A stretch of 64,000 bases of DNA from Thermodesulfobacteriota bacterium (GTDB lineage Bacteria; Desulfobacterota; Desulfobulbia; Desulfobulbales; SURF-16), in contig JBDLIE010000014.1 in NCBI GenBank assembly GCA_039715015.1, forward strand, positions 1-64,000, given 5' to 3'. Shown here piece by piece: positions 29,360 to 38,686 of this stretch. Made by a program: the position numbers and the translations under genes. The first letter of the stretch is position 1; each line of letters starts with the position of its first letter. Below the pieces are notes generated by a model. It had not been told where the DNA came from. It worked only from the letters and a program-made list of their open reading frames with translations, and made no database searches.

Positions 29360-31627
29360 ATGAGCACTGCTGTTGATTCAACCCCTCAGTTTGTTGAAGG
29401 GGTGTATAAAAAAATGGAGGAGAACCTCACCATTATCAGGGCCCGGCTTGGCCGGCCCCTCACCTTTGCCGAAAAACTTCTCTATGGCCATCTTGACGAC
29501 CCTAAATCTGCTGAGCTTGAAGCGGGCTCTTCTTATATTAAAACACGACCCGACCGTATTGCCCTCCAGGATGCCACGGCCCAGATGGCTATTTTGCAAT
29601 ATATGTTGGCCGACAAAGACGAGGCGGCCGTACCTGTCACCGTTCATTGCGACCATCTAATCCAGGCCCATAAGGGTGCTAAAAAGGATCTTGAAAACGC
29701 CACTATCCAGAACAAGGAGGTCTATGATTTTCTGGCCTCAGCCTCTCAGAAATATGGTTTTGGCTGCTGGAAGCCGGGCGCAGGCATTATTCACCAGGTG
29801 GTTCTTGAACAATACGCCTTTCCCGGCCAGATGATGCTGGGAACCGACTCCCACACCCCCAATGCCGGCGGCCTGGGCGGCTTTGCCTGTGGTGTTGGCG
29901 GCGCCGATGCCGTGGATGTTATGGTGGGTCTGGCCTGGGAGGTCCTTCATCCCAAGGTGGTCGGCGTCAAACTCACCGGCAGCATGGGTGGCTGGACCGC
30001 ACCTAAAGACGTTATCCTCAAACTTCTTTCCCTTTTGAGCTGCTCAGGAGGGACTAATCGGGTTATTGAATACTTCGGCGAAGGAACCGCCTCCATCTCC
30101 TGCACGGGCAAGGCCACCATTTGCAATATGGGGGCAGAGCTGGGCGCCACCACCTCAACCTTCCCCTATGATGAGCGGATGGCCGCCTATCTTCAGGCCA
30201 CAGGTCATGGCGACACAGCCACGCTTGCCCAACAGTATCGCCACCTTCTGGCTGCGGACCCAGAGGTTGCCGCCAATCCTGAACAATACTACGACCAGGT
30301 TATCGAAATTAATCTCAGCGACCTGGAACCCCATCTGGTTGGCCCCCATTCGCCGGACCTGGCGTCGCCTGTCTCTAAAATGGCTGACCATATGGCCAAG
30401 GGTGGCTGGCCCACTAATATGACCACGGCCCTTATCGGCTCCTGCACCAACTCCTCCTATGAGGATATGGGCCGCATTGCTGCCATGGCCGACCAGCTGC
30501 TTGAAAAAGGGACCAAGCTGCAAGTACCGCTTTTTATCTCTCCAGGCTCTGAGCAGGTACGGGCCACCATTGAACGGGACGGTATCCTCAAAAAACTTGA
30601 AGACATCGGCGCCGTGATCCTTACCAATGCCTGCGGACCCTGCATCGGCCAATGGCAGCGCGAGGATGTTAAAACCGGTTTCAAGAACTCCATTGTCACC
30701 TCCTACAACCGTAATTTTCCAAAACGAGCTGACGGCAATCCGGAAACCTGCGCCTTTATCGGCAGCCCTGAAACGGCCATGGCCTATGCCTGCGTGGCCA
30801 AAATGGACTGTAATCCTTACGAAGAGCTCCTGGAGGCTGCTGACGGTTCCACCTTTACTCTCACCAGTCCCGGCCAGGTTGCGGAGGTGCCAAGCGGTGG
30901 TTTTATTCACGATGACCAAGGCTTTCTTGCCCCAGCTGAGGACCGCTCGCAGGTGCAGGTCATTGTTGATCCTGCCTCTGAACGCTTGGCCTTGCTCTCG
31001 CCCTTTGGCGCATGGGACGGCAAAGACTTTCAAAGCCTGCAGTTGCTGATCAAGGCCAAGGGAAAATGTACCACAGACCATATTTCTCCAGCTGGCCCCT
31101 GGCTACGCTTCCGGGGTCACTTGAATAATATCTCCGACAATATGCTCACCGGAGCGGTCAACGCCTTCACCGATGGGGTGGGAACCACTAAAAACCAGAT
31201 CAGCGGCGAGACCAAGGCTGTCAACGTGGTGGCCCGCGAATATACTGCGGCCGGTAAAAATTGGCTGGTGGTGGGCGACACTAATTACGGAGAAGGCTCC
31301 TCCCGGGAGCATGCCGCCATGAGCCCCCGCCATATGGGGGCCCGGGCCGTAATTACCAGAAGTTTTGCCCGCATCCATGAAACCAATCTCAAAAAGCAAG
31401 GCGTGCTTCCCCTCACCTTTGTGCACGAGGCCGACTATGACCGGCTCCAAGAGGATGACCTCATTGATATCAACGGGCTCACTAAACTGGCAGCGGGCAG
31501 CAGCATCAACGCTGTTCTTCATCACAATGATGGCTCCAGCGAGGAAATCGCTCTCCATCACACGTTAAACAAGGAGCAGATAGCCTGGTTTAAGGCGGGC
31601 TCTGCCCTCAATTTCATGCGCAGCTAA
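29360..31627 (+). CDS. acnA: Aconitate hydratase (mitochondrial-type AcnA group)
   Basis: QDATAQMA, HCDH, GIIHQ, DSHT, GSCTNSS, NACGPCIG, YNRNF, TTDHISPAG, GSSREHAA. Confidence 0.95.
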   Translation: MSTAVDSTPQFVEGVYKKMEENLTIIRARLGRPLTFAEKLLYGHLDDPKSAELEAGSSYIKTRPDRIALQDATAQMAILQYMLADKDEAAVPVTVHCDHLIQAHKGAKKDLENATIQNKEVYDFLASASQKYGFGCWKPGAGIIHQVVLEQYAFPGQMMLGTDSHTPNAGGLGGFACGVGGADAVDVMVGLAWEVLHPKVVGVKLTGSMGGWTAPKDVILKLLSLLSCSGGTNRVIEYFGEGTASISCTGKATICNMGAELGATTSTFPYDERMAAYLQATGHGDTATLAQQYRHLLAADPEVAANPEQYYDQVIEINLSDLEPHLVGPHSPDLASPVSKMADHMAKGGWPTNMTTALIGSCTNSSYEDMGRIAAMADQLLEKGTKLQVPLFISPGSEQVRATIERDGILKKLEDIGAVILTNACGPCIGQWQREDVKTGFKNSIVTSYNRNFPKRADGNPETCAFIGSPETAMAYACVAKMDCNPYEELLEAADGSTFTLTSPGQVAEVPSGGFIHDDQGFLAPAEDRSQVQVIVDPASERLALLSPFGAWDGKDFQSLQLLIKAKGKCTTDHISPAGPWLRFRGHLNNISDNMLTGAVNAFTDGVGTTKNQISGETKAVNVVAREYTAAGKNWLVVGDTNYGEGSSREHAAMSPRHMGARAVITRSFARIHETNLKKQGVLPLTFVHEADYDRLQEDDLIDINGLTKLAAGSSINAVLHHNDGSSEEIALHHTLNKEQIAWFKAGSALNFMRS

Positions 31628-31650
31628 CTAACAAGTCGTTTTGAAACCGC

Positions 31651-31687
31651 AAAAAAAAGGCTGTCCAACATGGACAGCCTTTTTTTT
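31651..31687. terminator. Bidirectional intrinsic terminator after aconitase
   Basis: A-tract-GGCTGTCCA-ACA-TGGACAGCC-T-tract. Confidence 0.9.
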
Positions 31688-31758
31688 GGTTCATCACGAA
31701 TTAACGCGGGTAAGTTGTTGCCAATATTTTTCTTACTCCTGCCATGGCAACCTGAACC
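31688..31758. mobile_element. 71 bp miniature element resembling ISL3 ends
   Basis: Starts GGTTCATCACGAATTAACG, which matches the reverse complement of the ISL3 end at position 97. Ends ACCTGAACC. Confidence 0.6.
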
Positions 31759-31789
31759 TCTTATCGCGGCCATATGGTGAAAAATCATA

Positions 31790-32100
31790 ACTTCGGCTCA
31801 ACAAGAAAGACAGCAGCCTCCCTCTTTAACCAGCATCCGGGCCAGGTTCATATTACCAAGGATGGCAGCCTGGATATTGTTAAATATCATGGGCCATACC
31901 GCCAGCCAGCACGCCAACTGATTCTATTTTTTTGACCTTGTGCAGTTCCTCTTTCAGTCGTTGCTGCTCGGTTATATTGCGAAATACCAAGACAACGCCC
32001 ACCACCTCGCTGGCAAGATGATTAATGGGGGCAGTGTTATGATCAATAACCCGCCGTGTCCATCCCGAGCAACAAGGATAGTTTGTTGGAAATTTCTCAT
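31790..32100 (-). pseudogene. Frameshifted remnant of a PAS/PAC-HisKA sensor kinase
   Basis: TILVARDG / IDHNTAPI..VVGVVLVFRNITEQQRLKEELHKVKKIESVGVLAGGMAHD / FNNI..ILGN, with two frameshifts and no HATPase domain. Confidence 0.75.
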
Positions 32101-32271
32101 CCCCTTACCAAGTCCAAAAATATCCTGGGCTATTGAAAAAGATATCATCGATGCTTCTTCTGAAAGGCCTCTGACTACCTATGGAGAGATCTGTACCCCC
32201 CGTCAAATTGGCGAGGTGCCGGGTAGACATGACACATTTCGCACCACCTATATCTTGGAAAAGATATGAAA

Positions 32272-33510
32272 CTATTGCTTGCCGAGGAAACTGCCAAATT
32301 CCTGAAAGGCGTATTTGATATCCAGGGCAAAACCTAGACCTTCGGAATGGGGAGCTATCATCTTTTTGGTATTAACACCAATGACCTGGCCATTTTCTGT
32401 TACCAGGGGGCCACCACTGTTACCTGGGTTGATATCTGCATTGGTCTGGATAAATTCATCGCGGAAGGCGGAAAGCGCTCCAGAGGTTACTGAATTACGA
32501 AGACCAATAGGGTTGCCGATGGCATAGAGTGTCGAGCCCTGGGAAATGGTGGAAGAAAGGACATGCTGGAGATGGGGGGTGGTGTAGCCCTTTAACTTCA
32601 AGAGGGCCAGGTCATATTTTTCGCTTACCTTTACCAGGTAGGCGTCCATCTCTGTTTCATCAGCTAGATAAACCTTATAAAAACGGCGATTCTTCATGCT
32701 GGTGATGAGCTTATTATACTGCCGGCTGGCCTCATTGACCTGGCCCTTGGCGTTTTTATACTCGGCAAGGCGTTTATTATATGATTTCTGCCAGATTTCA
32801 AGGTAATCTTCATTGGCCCTGAGATCCCGACGCCTGGCGTTGATTTGCGACGGGCTGGCCTTGGCGGCAATGGCCCTCCGCAAAGAGGTCTTATCCTTTC
32901 TCTGTTTCCTTTCGGCACTCTTCAGCCGATCCTTTTCGTTTTTAAGGGCAGCTTCGGCCTCACGAAGAACAGCCTTGGCCTTGTTTAAATTCTTCAGGCT
33001 CTCCTTCTTTGCCTCTTCAGGAACCCTCACAACATGTTTATTTGTTATTATATAGCCATCTTTGCTGATAAAGAAACCTGATCCCGCCCCCAGGTCTGAC
33101 TCGATTGACACCGTGGCCAGATTAGCCATCTCAATAGGCCCCGCAGGACTCATTTCCTTGACTAGCAGGGCCCTGAGGTCTTTCTCGTCAAGGGCCTCAT
33201 CCTCCGAATTCTCCAGCCCCTCAACAAGGACAGATTCTTTTTGAGACGGCCCAGAAGCGGACTGAGCGGCCGCAGGCTCACCTTTCTTTTGGGCCGAGGA
33301 TGGCTGATCAAATTCTATGCGCTCCACAGCGGCCATGGGCATGGAAATGGTACCGCCAAATTTCTCATAGACAACAACATCACCTTCCACCGAACAAACC
33401 GGGGTGTCGATCACCTTGCCATTTTTCATATAAATGATATGGGCCCAGCCGTTTTGTGGTATTAATAGAAGTGCCAGGATCAAAAAAATATGCAAAGAAA
33501 ATCTGTTCAT
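32272..33510 (-). CDS. Exported trypsin-like (HtrA/S1C-type) serine protease with coiled-coil insertion, no PDZ
   Basis: Signal peptide, GSGFF, TNKHVV, YDLALL, INPGNSGGP. Confidence 0.85.
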   Translation of the reverse strand: MNRFSLHIFLILALLLIPQNGWAHIIYMKNGKVIDTPVCSVEGDVVVYEKFGGTISMPMAAVERIEFDQPSSAQKKGEPAAAQSASGPSQKESVLVEGLENSEDEALDEKDLRALLVKEMSPAGPIEMANLATVSIESDLGAGSGFFISKDGYIITNKHVVRVPEEAKKESLKNLNKAKAVLREAEAALKNEKDRLKSAERKQRKDKTSLRRAIAAKASPSQINARRRDLRANEDYLEIWQKSYNKRLAEYKNAKGQVNEASRQYNKLITSMKNRRFYKVYLADETEMDAYLVKVSEKYDLALLKLKGYTTPHLQHVLSSTISQGSTLYAIGNPIGLRNSVTSGALSAFRDEFIQTNADINPGNSGGPLVTENGQVIGVNTKKMIAPHSEGLGFALDIKYAFQEFGSFLGKQ

Positions 33511-33692
33511 TGGTTAGGTGGATGTTTTTCATAATGAAAGATGTCATATCATGATACCGGCAATTGCTGCCCGCTACAACATCATAAGAAGGATATGGGC
33601 CGCTTTTTCAGATACTCCTCTTTCCGGCAACCAAGAATCCCCTTGCCCAAGACTTTGCGCCAATACTACTTTTTAAACAGTGAGGATTTTCC

Positions 33693-33941
33693 ATGGGCTG
33701 CTGTCAAAAATTTCTTAACGAACATCCTACTGATCGTCCCGTGCTTTGCCTCAAGTGGGTACTGGCCCTGCGCCTTATTGTTCTGGCCAGCCTGGTGGCC
33801 CATCTCTTAATCTATCTTCTCCTTGTTACAGATAGAAATGCCTTACTTGTTTTCTTGATTATCATCCATTTCGTTATTGCTCTCTCCCTTCTTCAGGAAT
33901 GCACACGTAGCGTCGATTTTCACAGGAATCTTCCTGACTAA
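33693..33941 (+). CDS. Small two-TM membrane protein
   Basis: GAGG SD and two hydrophobic segments. Confidence 0.5.
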   Translation: MGCCQKFLNEHPTDRPVLCLKWVLALRLIVLASLVAHLLIYLLLVTDRNALLVFLIIIHFVIALSLLQECTRSVDFHRNLPD

Positions 33942-34044
33942 AGTTTGGCGGCCAGACAAAGACCTCCACAAAAAATATCTTCGCTTATTTTGCTATAGTA
34001 AAGAGTGTTTCGTTATTTTTCCTTTATCATCCGAGTGTTGTATT

Positions 34045-36201
34045 ATGTCTAAAGGTAAAGCCTTAGCCTTTTTCATTTTTCTCTTTACCCTTCAATGCCC
34101 CTTCATTTCTCCCTTGGCAGGACTTGCCCAGGCGGGCCAAAATAAGCTCCTGCCCCAGAGTATGTTCACCGAAGAAGAGATTGCCTGGCTCAACAAACAT
34201 CCAGTGATCCGGGTAGCTCCTGATCCAGATTTCCCACCTGTGGAATTTATTGATAAAGAGGGGGGCTACCATGGGATCGCCGCTGATTTTATTGCCCTCA
34301 TGGAACAAAAACTGGCCATTCGCTTTGACATTATCCACCTGAAAAACTGGGATGAGGTGATCAAGCAGGGTAAAGAAAGAAACATTGACATGTTTGGCGC
34401 TGCGGTACCCACTCTGGAAAGGCTGCAATATATGAAATTCACCCAGCCCTTCATTGAGTTCCCTGCGGTGATTATTGTTCGTGATTCCACTGACATCTCA
34501 CCCAAAATCAAAAATCTTGAAGGCCTGCGGGTTGCCGTGGTTTCAAATTATGCGGCCCATGATTTCATTCGGCAAACATACCCGGACGTGCCGCTGGAAA
34601 TCATGCCGGACATCTCGTCGGGCCTACAGCAAGTTTCTTTCGGCAAGGTGGATGCCATGGTCCTCAACCTGGCCTCTGCCTCCTATTACATCGGACAAGA
34701 AGGCATCACCAATCTTAAAATCTTCAAGGATACATCCTTTGTATATGATCTTTCCTTTGCCACCCGGAGTGATTGGCCTCTGCTCAACAGTATCCTCAAA
34801 AAAGCCGTCGCCACAATAAGCACCCAGGAAAGCAAAGAGATCAGAGACCGCTGGATTTATCTAAAGAAGGACTCTTGGCGTCCCTCACCACAACTTATTT
34901 TCTTTGTGGCCACACTTATCATTATCGTTGTTTTCATCACCATTATCATGTGGAACAGATCCCTGCAGCAACAGGTTAATGAGAGGACTGCCGCCCTGAA
35001 AAAAGAACTGGCCGACCGGGCCACAGCAGAGAAAGAAAAAGAACTCTTGCAGCAAAAAATGCACCGTTCACGGAAAATGGCAGCACTGGGCCTTCTTGCC
35101 GGCGGCGTAGCCCATGATCTCAACAATATTTTGGCCGGGGTCATCGGGTATCCTGACCTCATCCTTTTAGATTTACCCAAAGAAAGCCCCCTGCACGCCC
35201 CCCTTCTCTCCATCCGCGAGTCAGGAGAACGGGCAGCAGCCGTGGTTGCTGACCTTCTCACCATTGCCCGGGGTGCAGCATCGGACAAAAACGTCTTGAA
35301 CCTAAACACCCTGATCGAGGATTATCTCCAGTCTCCTGAACATAAAAATCTCCTGCAACTCTATCCTGGCATCGTCATAAATCCCTCCCTTGCCACTAAC
35401 GTACTCAATATCAGCTGCTCTGAAAGTCACATCCGGAAAACCTTAATGAATCTACTGATCAATGGTGCCGAAGCAACTCAAGATGGTACTTTGACAATCA
35501 GCACAGCAAATCGTGCCCTGGATAAGCCCTTGGCAGGTTATGACACCATCATCAAAGGGGAATATGTGGTGCTGACTGTCTCTGACACCGGCAGCGGCAT
35601 TCCTCCAGAAGATTTGGAGCATATCTTTGAACCCTTTTACTCCAAGAAAAAGATGGGGCGGAGCGGCACCGGGCTGGGGTTGGCAGTGGTCTGGAATAGT
35701 GTCCAGGACCACCAGGGCTACATCAATGTCACCTCCTCTGAAAAAGGAACGAATTTTGAGCTCTATTTCCCGATCAGTAGAGAAAAAGCTTATTCTCCCC
35801 AAGATTCTCCTGCCCTGGCCACTCTTCAGGGTAATGGTGAAAAAATACTTATTGTCGATGACGAAGAAAACATCAGATCAATGGCTTCGCACATGCTCAA
35901 CGCCCTTGGCTATTCACCTTCTGTGGCTTCAAGCGGCGAAGAGGCCCTGGCCTACCTGCAAGGCAACCAGGTTGATCTGCTGCTTCTTGATATGATCATG
36001 GATCCCGGCATGAATGGCCGTGAGACCTATGAGAAAGCCCTTGATCTCCGCCCCGGCCAAAAGGCTCTCGTTACCAGTGGGTTTTCAGAAAGTAATGAGG
36101 TGAAAAGAGCGCAAGAGCTCGGAGCAGGTCGGTACATCAGAAAACCGTATACCATTGAAAAAATAGGCGAGGCTATTCAGGGGGAACTCAACCGGCCCTA
36201 G
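34045..36201 (+). CDS. Hybrid sensor histidine kinase (periplasmic binding domain-TM-HisKA-HATPase-REC)
   Basis: EEIAWL..PDFPPVEF binding-protein domain, LAGGVAHDLNN, DTGSG, GTGLGL, VDDE/DMIM/KP. Confidence 0.92.
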   Translation: MSKGKALAFFIFLFTLQCPFISPLAGLAQAGQNKLLPQSMFTEEEIAWLNKHPVIRVAPDPDFPPVEFIDKEGGYHGIAADFIALMEQKLAIRFDIIHLKNWDEVIKQGKERNIDMFGAAVPTLERLQYMKFTQPFIEFPAVIIVRDSTDISPKIKNLEGLRVAVVSNYAAHDFIRQTYPDVPLEIMPDISSGLQQVSFGKVDAMVLNLASASYYIGQEGITNLKIFKDTSFVYDLSFATRSDWPLLNSILKKAVATISTQESKEIRDRWIYLKKDSWRPSPQLIFFVATLIIIVVFITIIMWNRSLQQQVNERTAALKKELADRATAEKEKELLQQKMHRSRKMAALGLLAGGVAHDLNNILAGVIGYPDLILLDLPKESPLHAPLLSIRESGERAAAVVADLLTIARGAASDKNVLNLNTLIEDYLQSPEHKNLLQLYPGIVINPSLATNVLNISCSESHIRKTLMNLLINGAEATQDGTLTISTANRALDKPLAGYDTIIKGEYVVLTVSDTGSGIPPEDLEHIFEPFYSKKKMGRSGTGLGLAVVWNSVQDHQGYINVTSSEKGTNFELYFPISREKAYSPQDSPALATLQGNGEKILIVDDEENIRSMASHMLNALGYSPSVASSGEEALAYLQGNQVDLLLLDMIMDPGMNGRETYEKALDLRPGQKALVTSGFSESNEVKRAQELGAGRYIRKPYTIEKIGEAIQGELNRP

Positions 36202-36203
36202 CG

Positions 36204-38099
36204 TCACTTGGCCTTGATGGCCAAGCCCTTGGCCCGGTCGGTCTGGATGGCAAACTTAAAATTCTTACTTTTTGAGACAGTGGAGCCGCTAAAATCGGCA
36301 TTCTTGACATTGGCCCCCCGAAAATTGGCACCATCAAGAAAGGCGCCCTTAAAAAGTACTCCCACCAGCACTGCCTTTTGCATATCTGCCTTCTCCAAAT
36401 GGGCTGCCACCAGTTTAGCGCCCTCCAGATCGGCATTATTGAGCTGAGTGCCGCGAAGGTCAGCACCTTGCAGGCTCACCTTTTTCAGGTTGGCAGATGT
36501 CAAATTAGCACCGCGAAGGGCGGCCTTATCAAGGATTGCTCCGCGCAGATCAACATTTTTCAAGTTGGCCCCACGTAAATCAGCACCGCTCAAATCAGCG
36601 CCACGCAGATCAACTCCGCGCAAATCCATATTTTTAAATTTCACACCCTTTAAGTTTGCGGAGCGCAGGTTGACCTCTTTAAATTTGGTCTTAGTAAAAA
36701 GGGCCCCCTGGAAATCTCCCTCACTGAAATCGCATTTTTCAAGGCGCATCTTGCTCAAATTTGCCTTCCTAAAGTTGGAGCCCTGGCCCTCTATCCCCCT
36801 GGCAGAGGCACCAGAAAAAACCGCGCCGGAGAAATCAACGCCTGCGGCCTTCAAATCCACCAATTTACCATCAGTAAAGGTTGCCCCCCCAAAGTCGGCC
36901 TTTAACATAGAACTCTGTTGGAGATTGATACCGGTGAGCTGACAATTCCGGCAGTTGGCCTTATCCAGATTGCTTTCGCTAATCCGGGCACCTTCAAGAT
37001 GTGAGCCTGCCAGATCAACATCTGTCAGGGTAGAGTTGACAATGTTGCTGTTTTCTAACTGTGCTTTGGCCATTTGGGCCTTGGTCAGAGTAACTCCTGT
37101 GAGAGAGGCGTTGGTCATCTGACTCTGAGGCAATAGTGCCCCCGACAAATCAACATTGCGAAGATCACTGCCGTCAAGATTGGCATTACCAAGGTGGGCA
37201 CCAACGAGCTTGACTCCAGCACAGGAGATATCCCGTAGAAAGGCGAAGCGCAAATCAGCAGTGCCCAGATCGACATTTTTCAGGTAGGCATTATCAAAAA
37301 TGGCATTGCTGAAATCAGCACCATTCAGAGTTACATTTTTCAGATAGGCGCCGAAGAGATAGGAGCTGCGGGCATCAATGCCCGGAAGCTGGCTATCAAA
37401 AAGAAAGGCATGGTTGAGATTTGTTTCGACAAAGCGATTTTTCGCCGTATTGTCACTTTGCTGGGCAAGCTGCCGAAATGTCGCACCACCCAAATTAGCC
37501 TTGCTGAAATCTACTGCCGACAAACTGACGGAGAGCAAATCAAGACCATGGAGATCCGCTTTCACGAAGGAAGTCTCATTGAGGGTGACATCCTGCAGAG
37601 CACCGTTACTGATATCACTTCCGGAAAAGTTTACTTTACTCAGATTCGACTTCTCAATAAAAATACGCTGCAAGTTTGCCCGGCTTAAATTCGTGCCCAC
37701 CATTTTGCCCTCGCTGAAACTCATCCGATTCAGGCTTCCCCGGCGTAAGTCGCTGCCTTCAATGGCGACTTGTTCAAGCTTACTGCCACTCAGGTCGACG
37801 CCGACAAAGGAGGAGGAACTTAGATTACTGTCAAGGAAAAGGGCATCATCAAATTTAGCATTATCAAAACGGGCGCGAACCATAGTCACCTGAAAAAAAC
37901 GACTTCGGCTAAAATCATAATTTTTCAAACTTTTTCTGTCGAAATTTTTCTGCTGAAAAATTCTCGTGGTGGCAAGAATCGAGTCCACCTCGCTGGTTCG
38001 CATGCTCTCTTGCTCAGCATGGACAGCTGGGGCGTTACCCAGAAAAACAAGAAATAAAAATAGGAAAGAGTATGGCTTTAGATGAGCATGAATTCTCAT
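36204..38099 (-). CDS. Secreted long pentapeptide-repeat protein
   Basis: Signal peptide followed by almost continuous A[DN]L/Fxx repeats. Confidence 0.92.
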   Translation of the reverse strand: MRIHAHLKPYSFLFLFLVFLGNAPAVHAEQESMRTSEVDSILATTRIFQQKNFDRKSLKNYDFSRSRFFQVTMVRARFDNAKFDDALFLDSNLSSSSFVGVDLSGSKLEQVAIEGSDLRRGSLNRMSFSEGKMVGTNLSRANLQRIFIEKSNLSKVNFSGSDISNGALQDVTLNETSFVKADLHGLDLLSVSLSAVDFSKANLGGATFRQLAQQSDNTAKNRFVETNLNHAFLFDSQLPGIDARSSYLFGAYLKNVTLNGADFSNAIFDNAYLKNVDLGTADLRFAFLRDISCAGVKLVGAHLGNANLDGSDLRNVDLSGALLPQSQMTNASLTGVTLTKAQMAKAQLENSNIVNSTLTDVDLAGSHLEGARISESNLDKANCRNCQLTGINLQQSSMLKADFGGATFTDGKLVDLKAAGVDFSGAVFSGASARGIEGQGSNFRKANLSKMRLEKCDFSEGDFQGALFTKTKFKEVNLRSANLKGVKFKNMDLRGVDLRGADLSGADLRGANLKNVDLRGAILDKAALRGANLTSANLKKVSLQGADLRGTQLNNADLEGAKLVAAHLEKADMQKAVLVGVLFKGAFLDGANFRGANVKNADFSGSTVSKSKNFKFAIQTDRAKGLAIKAK

Positions 38100-38119
38100 A
38101 ATCGCACCTCGGCAAAGGC

Positions 38120-38665
38120 TTATTTGGGGCCAAAAAGCTCCAGGTCACTGCCATCATCCTCAGGCTCTTGAAGATCAGGAGGAGCCCCTGCTGCTGAGGG
38201 CTCGTTGCCATCTTGCTTCAGTTTATGAAGCTTCGGCACTAGAAGCGGGGCAGGCTCGCCTTTCTTTTCTAGCCGCGATATTTCTTTGCTCTGCCTGGCA
38301 GCAGGAAGCCACTCTTCGAGAAAATATTTGGTCATGGCAGCCCGGGTTTTTAACAAGAAAGATGGGATAAAAATTTGATCGCCCTGGTTGAGCTGGCCCG
38401 GGAGAATATTAGGATTCGCATTGGCTATCTTCTTCCAGTTCATCTCGGTGCCCGTGTACCACTTGGATATAATAGGAAGTGTTTCACTGGTCCATGTTAC
38501 CGTATGGACCTGGTTCTTATGCTGACTACGAACAGGCTTCCACGTATCAACTTTGGTAGTTTGACAACCTGCCAACAGGAAGAAAGCGAGGATGAGAGGA
38601 TAGAACGCCGAGAGGCCGGGATACCTTCTTCCTTCTTTTTGTATGTTACTTCTCAACAGGCTCAT
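38120..38665 (-). CDS. LysM-domain lipoprotein
   Basis: Lipobox LAGC; HTV..ETL..ISKWY...IANANP..L..GDQIFIP. Confidence 0.8.
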   Translation of the reverse strand: MSLLRSNIQKEGRRYPGLSAFYPLILAFFLLAGCQTTKVDTWKPVRSQHKNQVHTVTWTSETLPIISKWYTGTEMNWKKIANANPNILPGQLNQGDQIFIPSFLLKTRAAMTKYFLEEWLPAARQSKEISRLEKKGEPAPLLVPKLHKLKQDGNEPSAAGAPPDLQEPEDDGSDLELFGPK

Positions 38666-38686
38666 TATCTTAATCGCTAGAGTTCT

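Noticed and set aside
30155..31081. Long antisense ORFs (also 1595-2296, 3545-4354, 24132-24935)
   Set aside because: They lie opposite well-supported genes and show no recognisable motifs.
29360..31627. Mitochondrial-type aconitase as a sign of transfer from eukaryotes
   Set aside because: This aconitase group is already known in several bacterial phyla.
31940..32269. 109 aa plus-strand ORF
   Set aside because: Antisense shadow of the kinase pseudogene.
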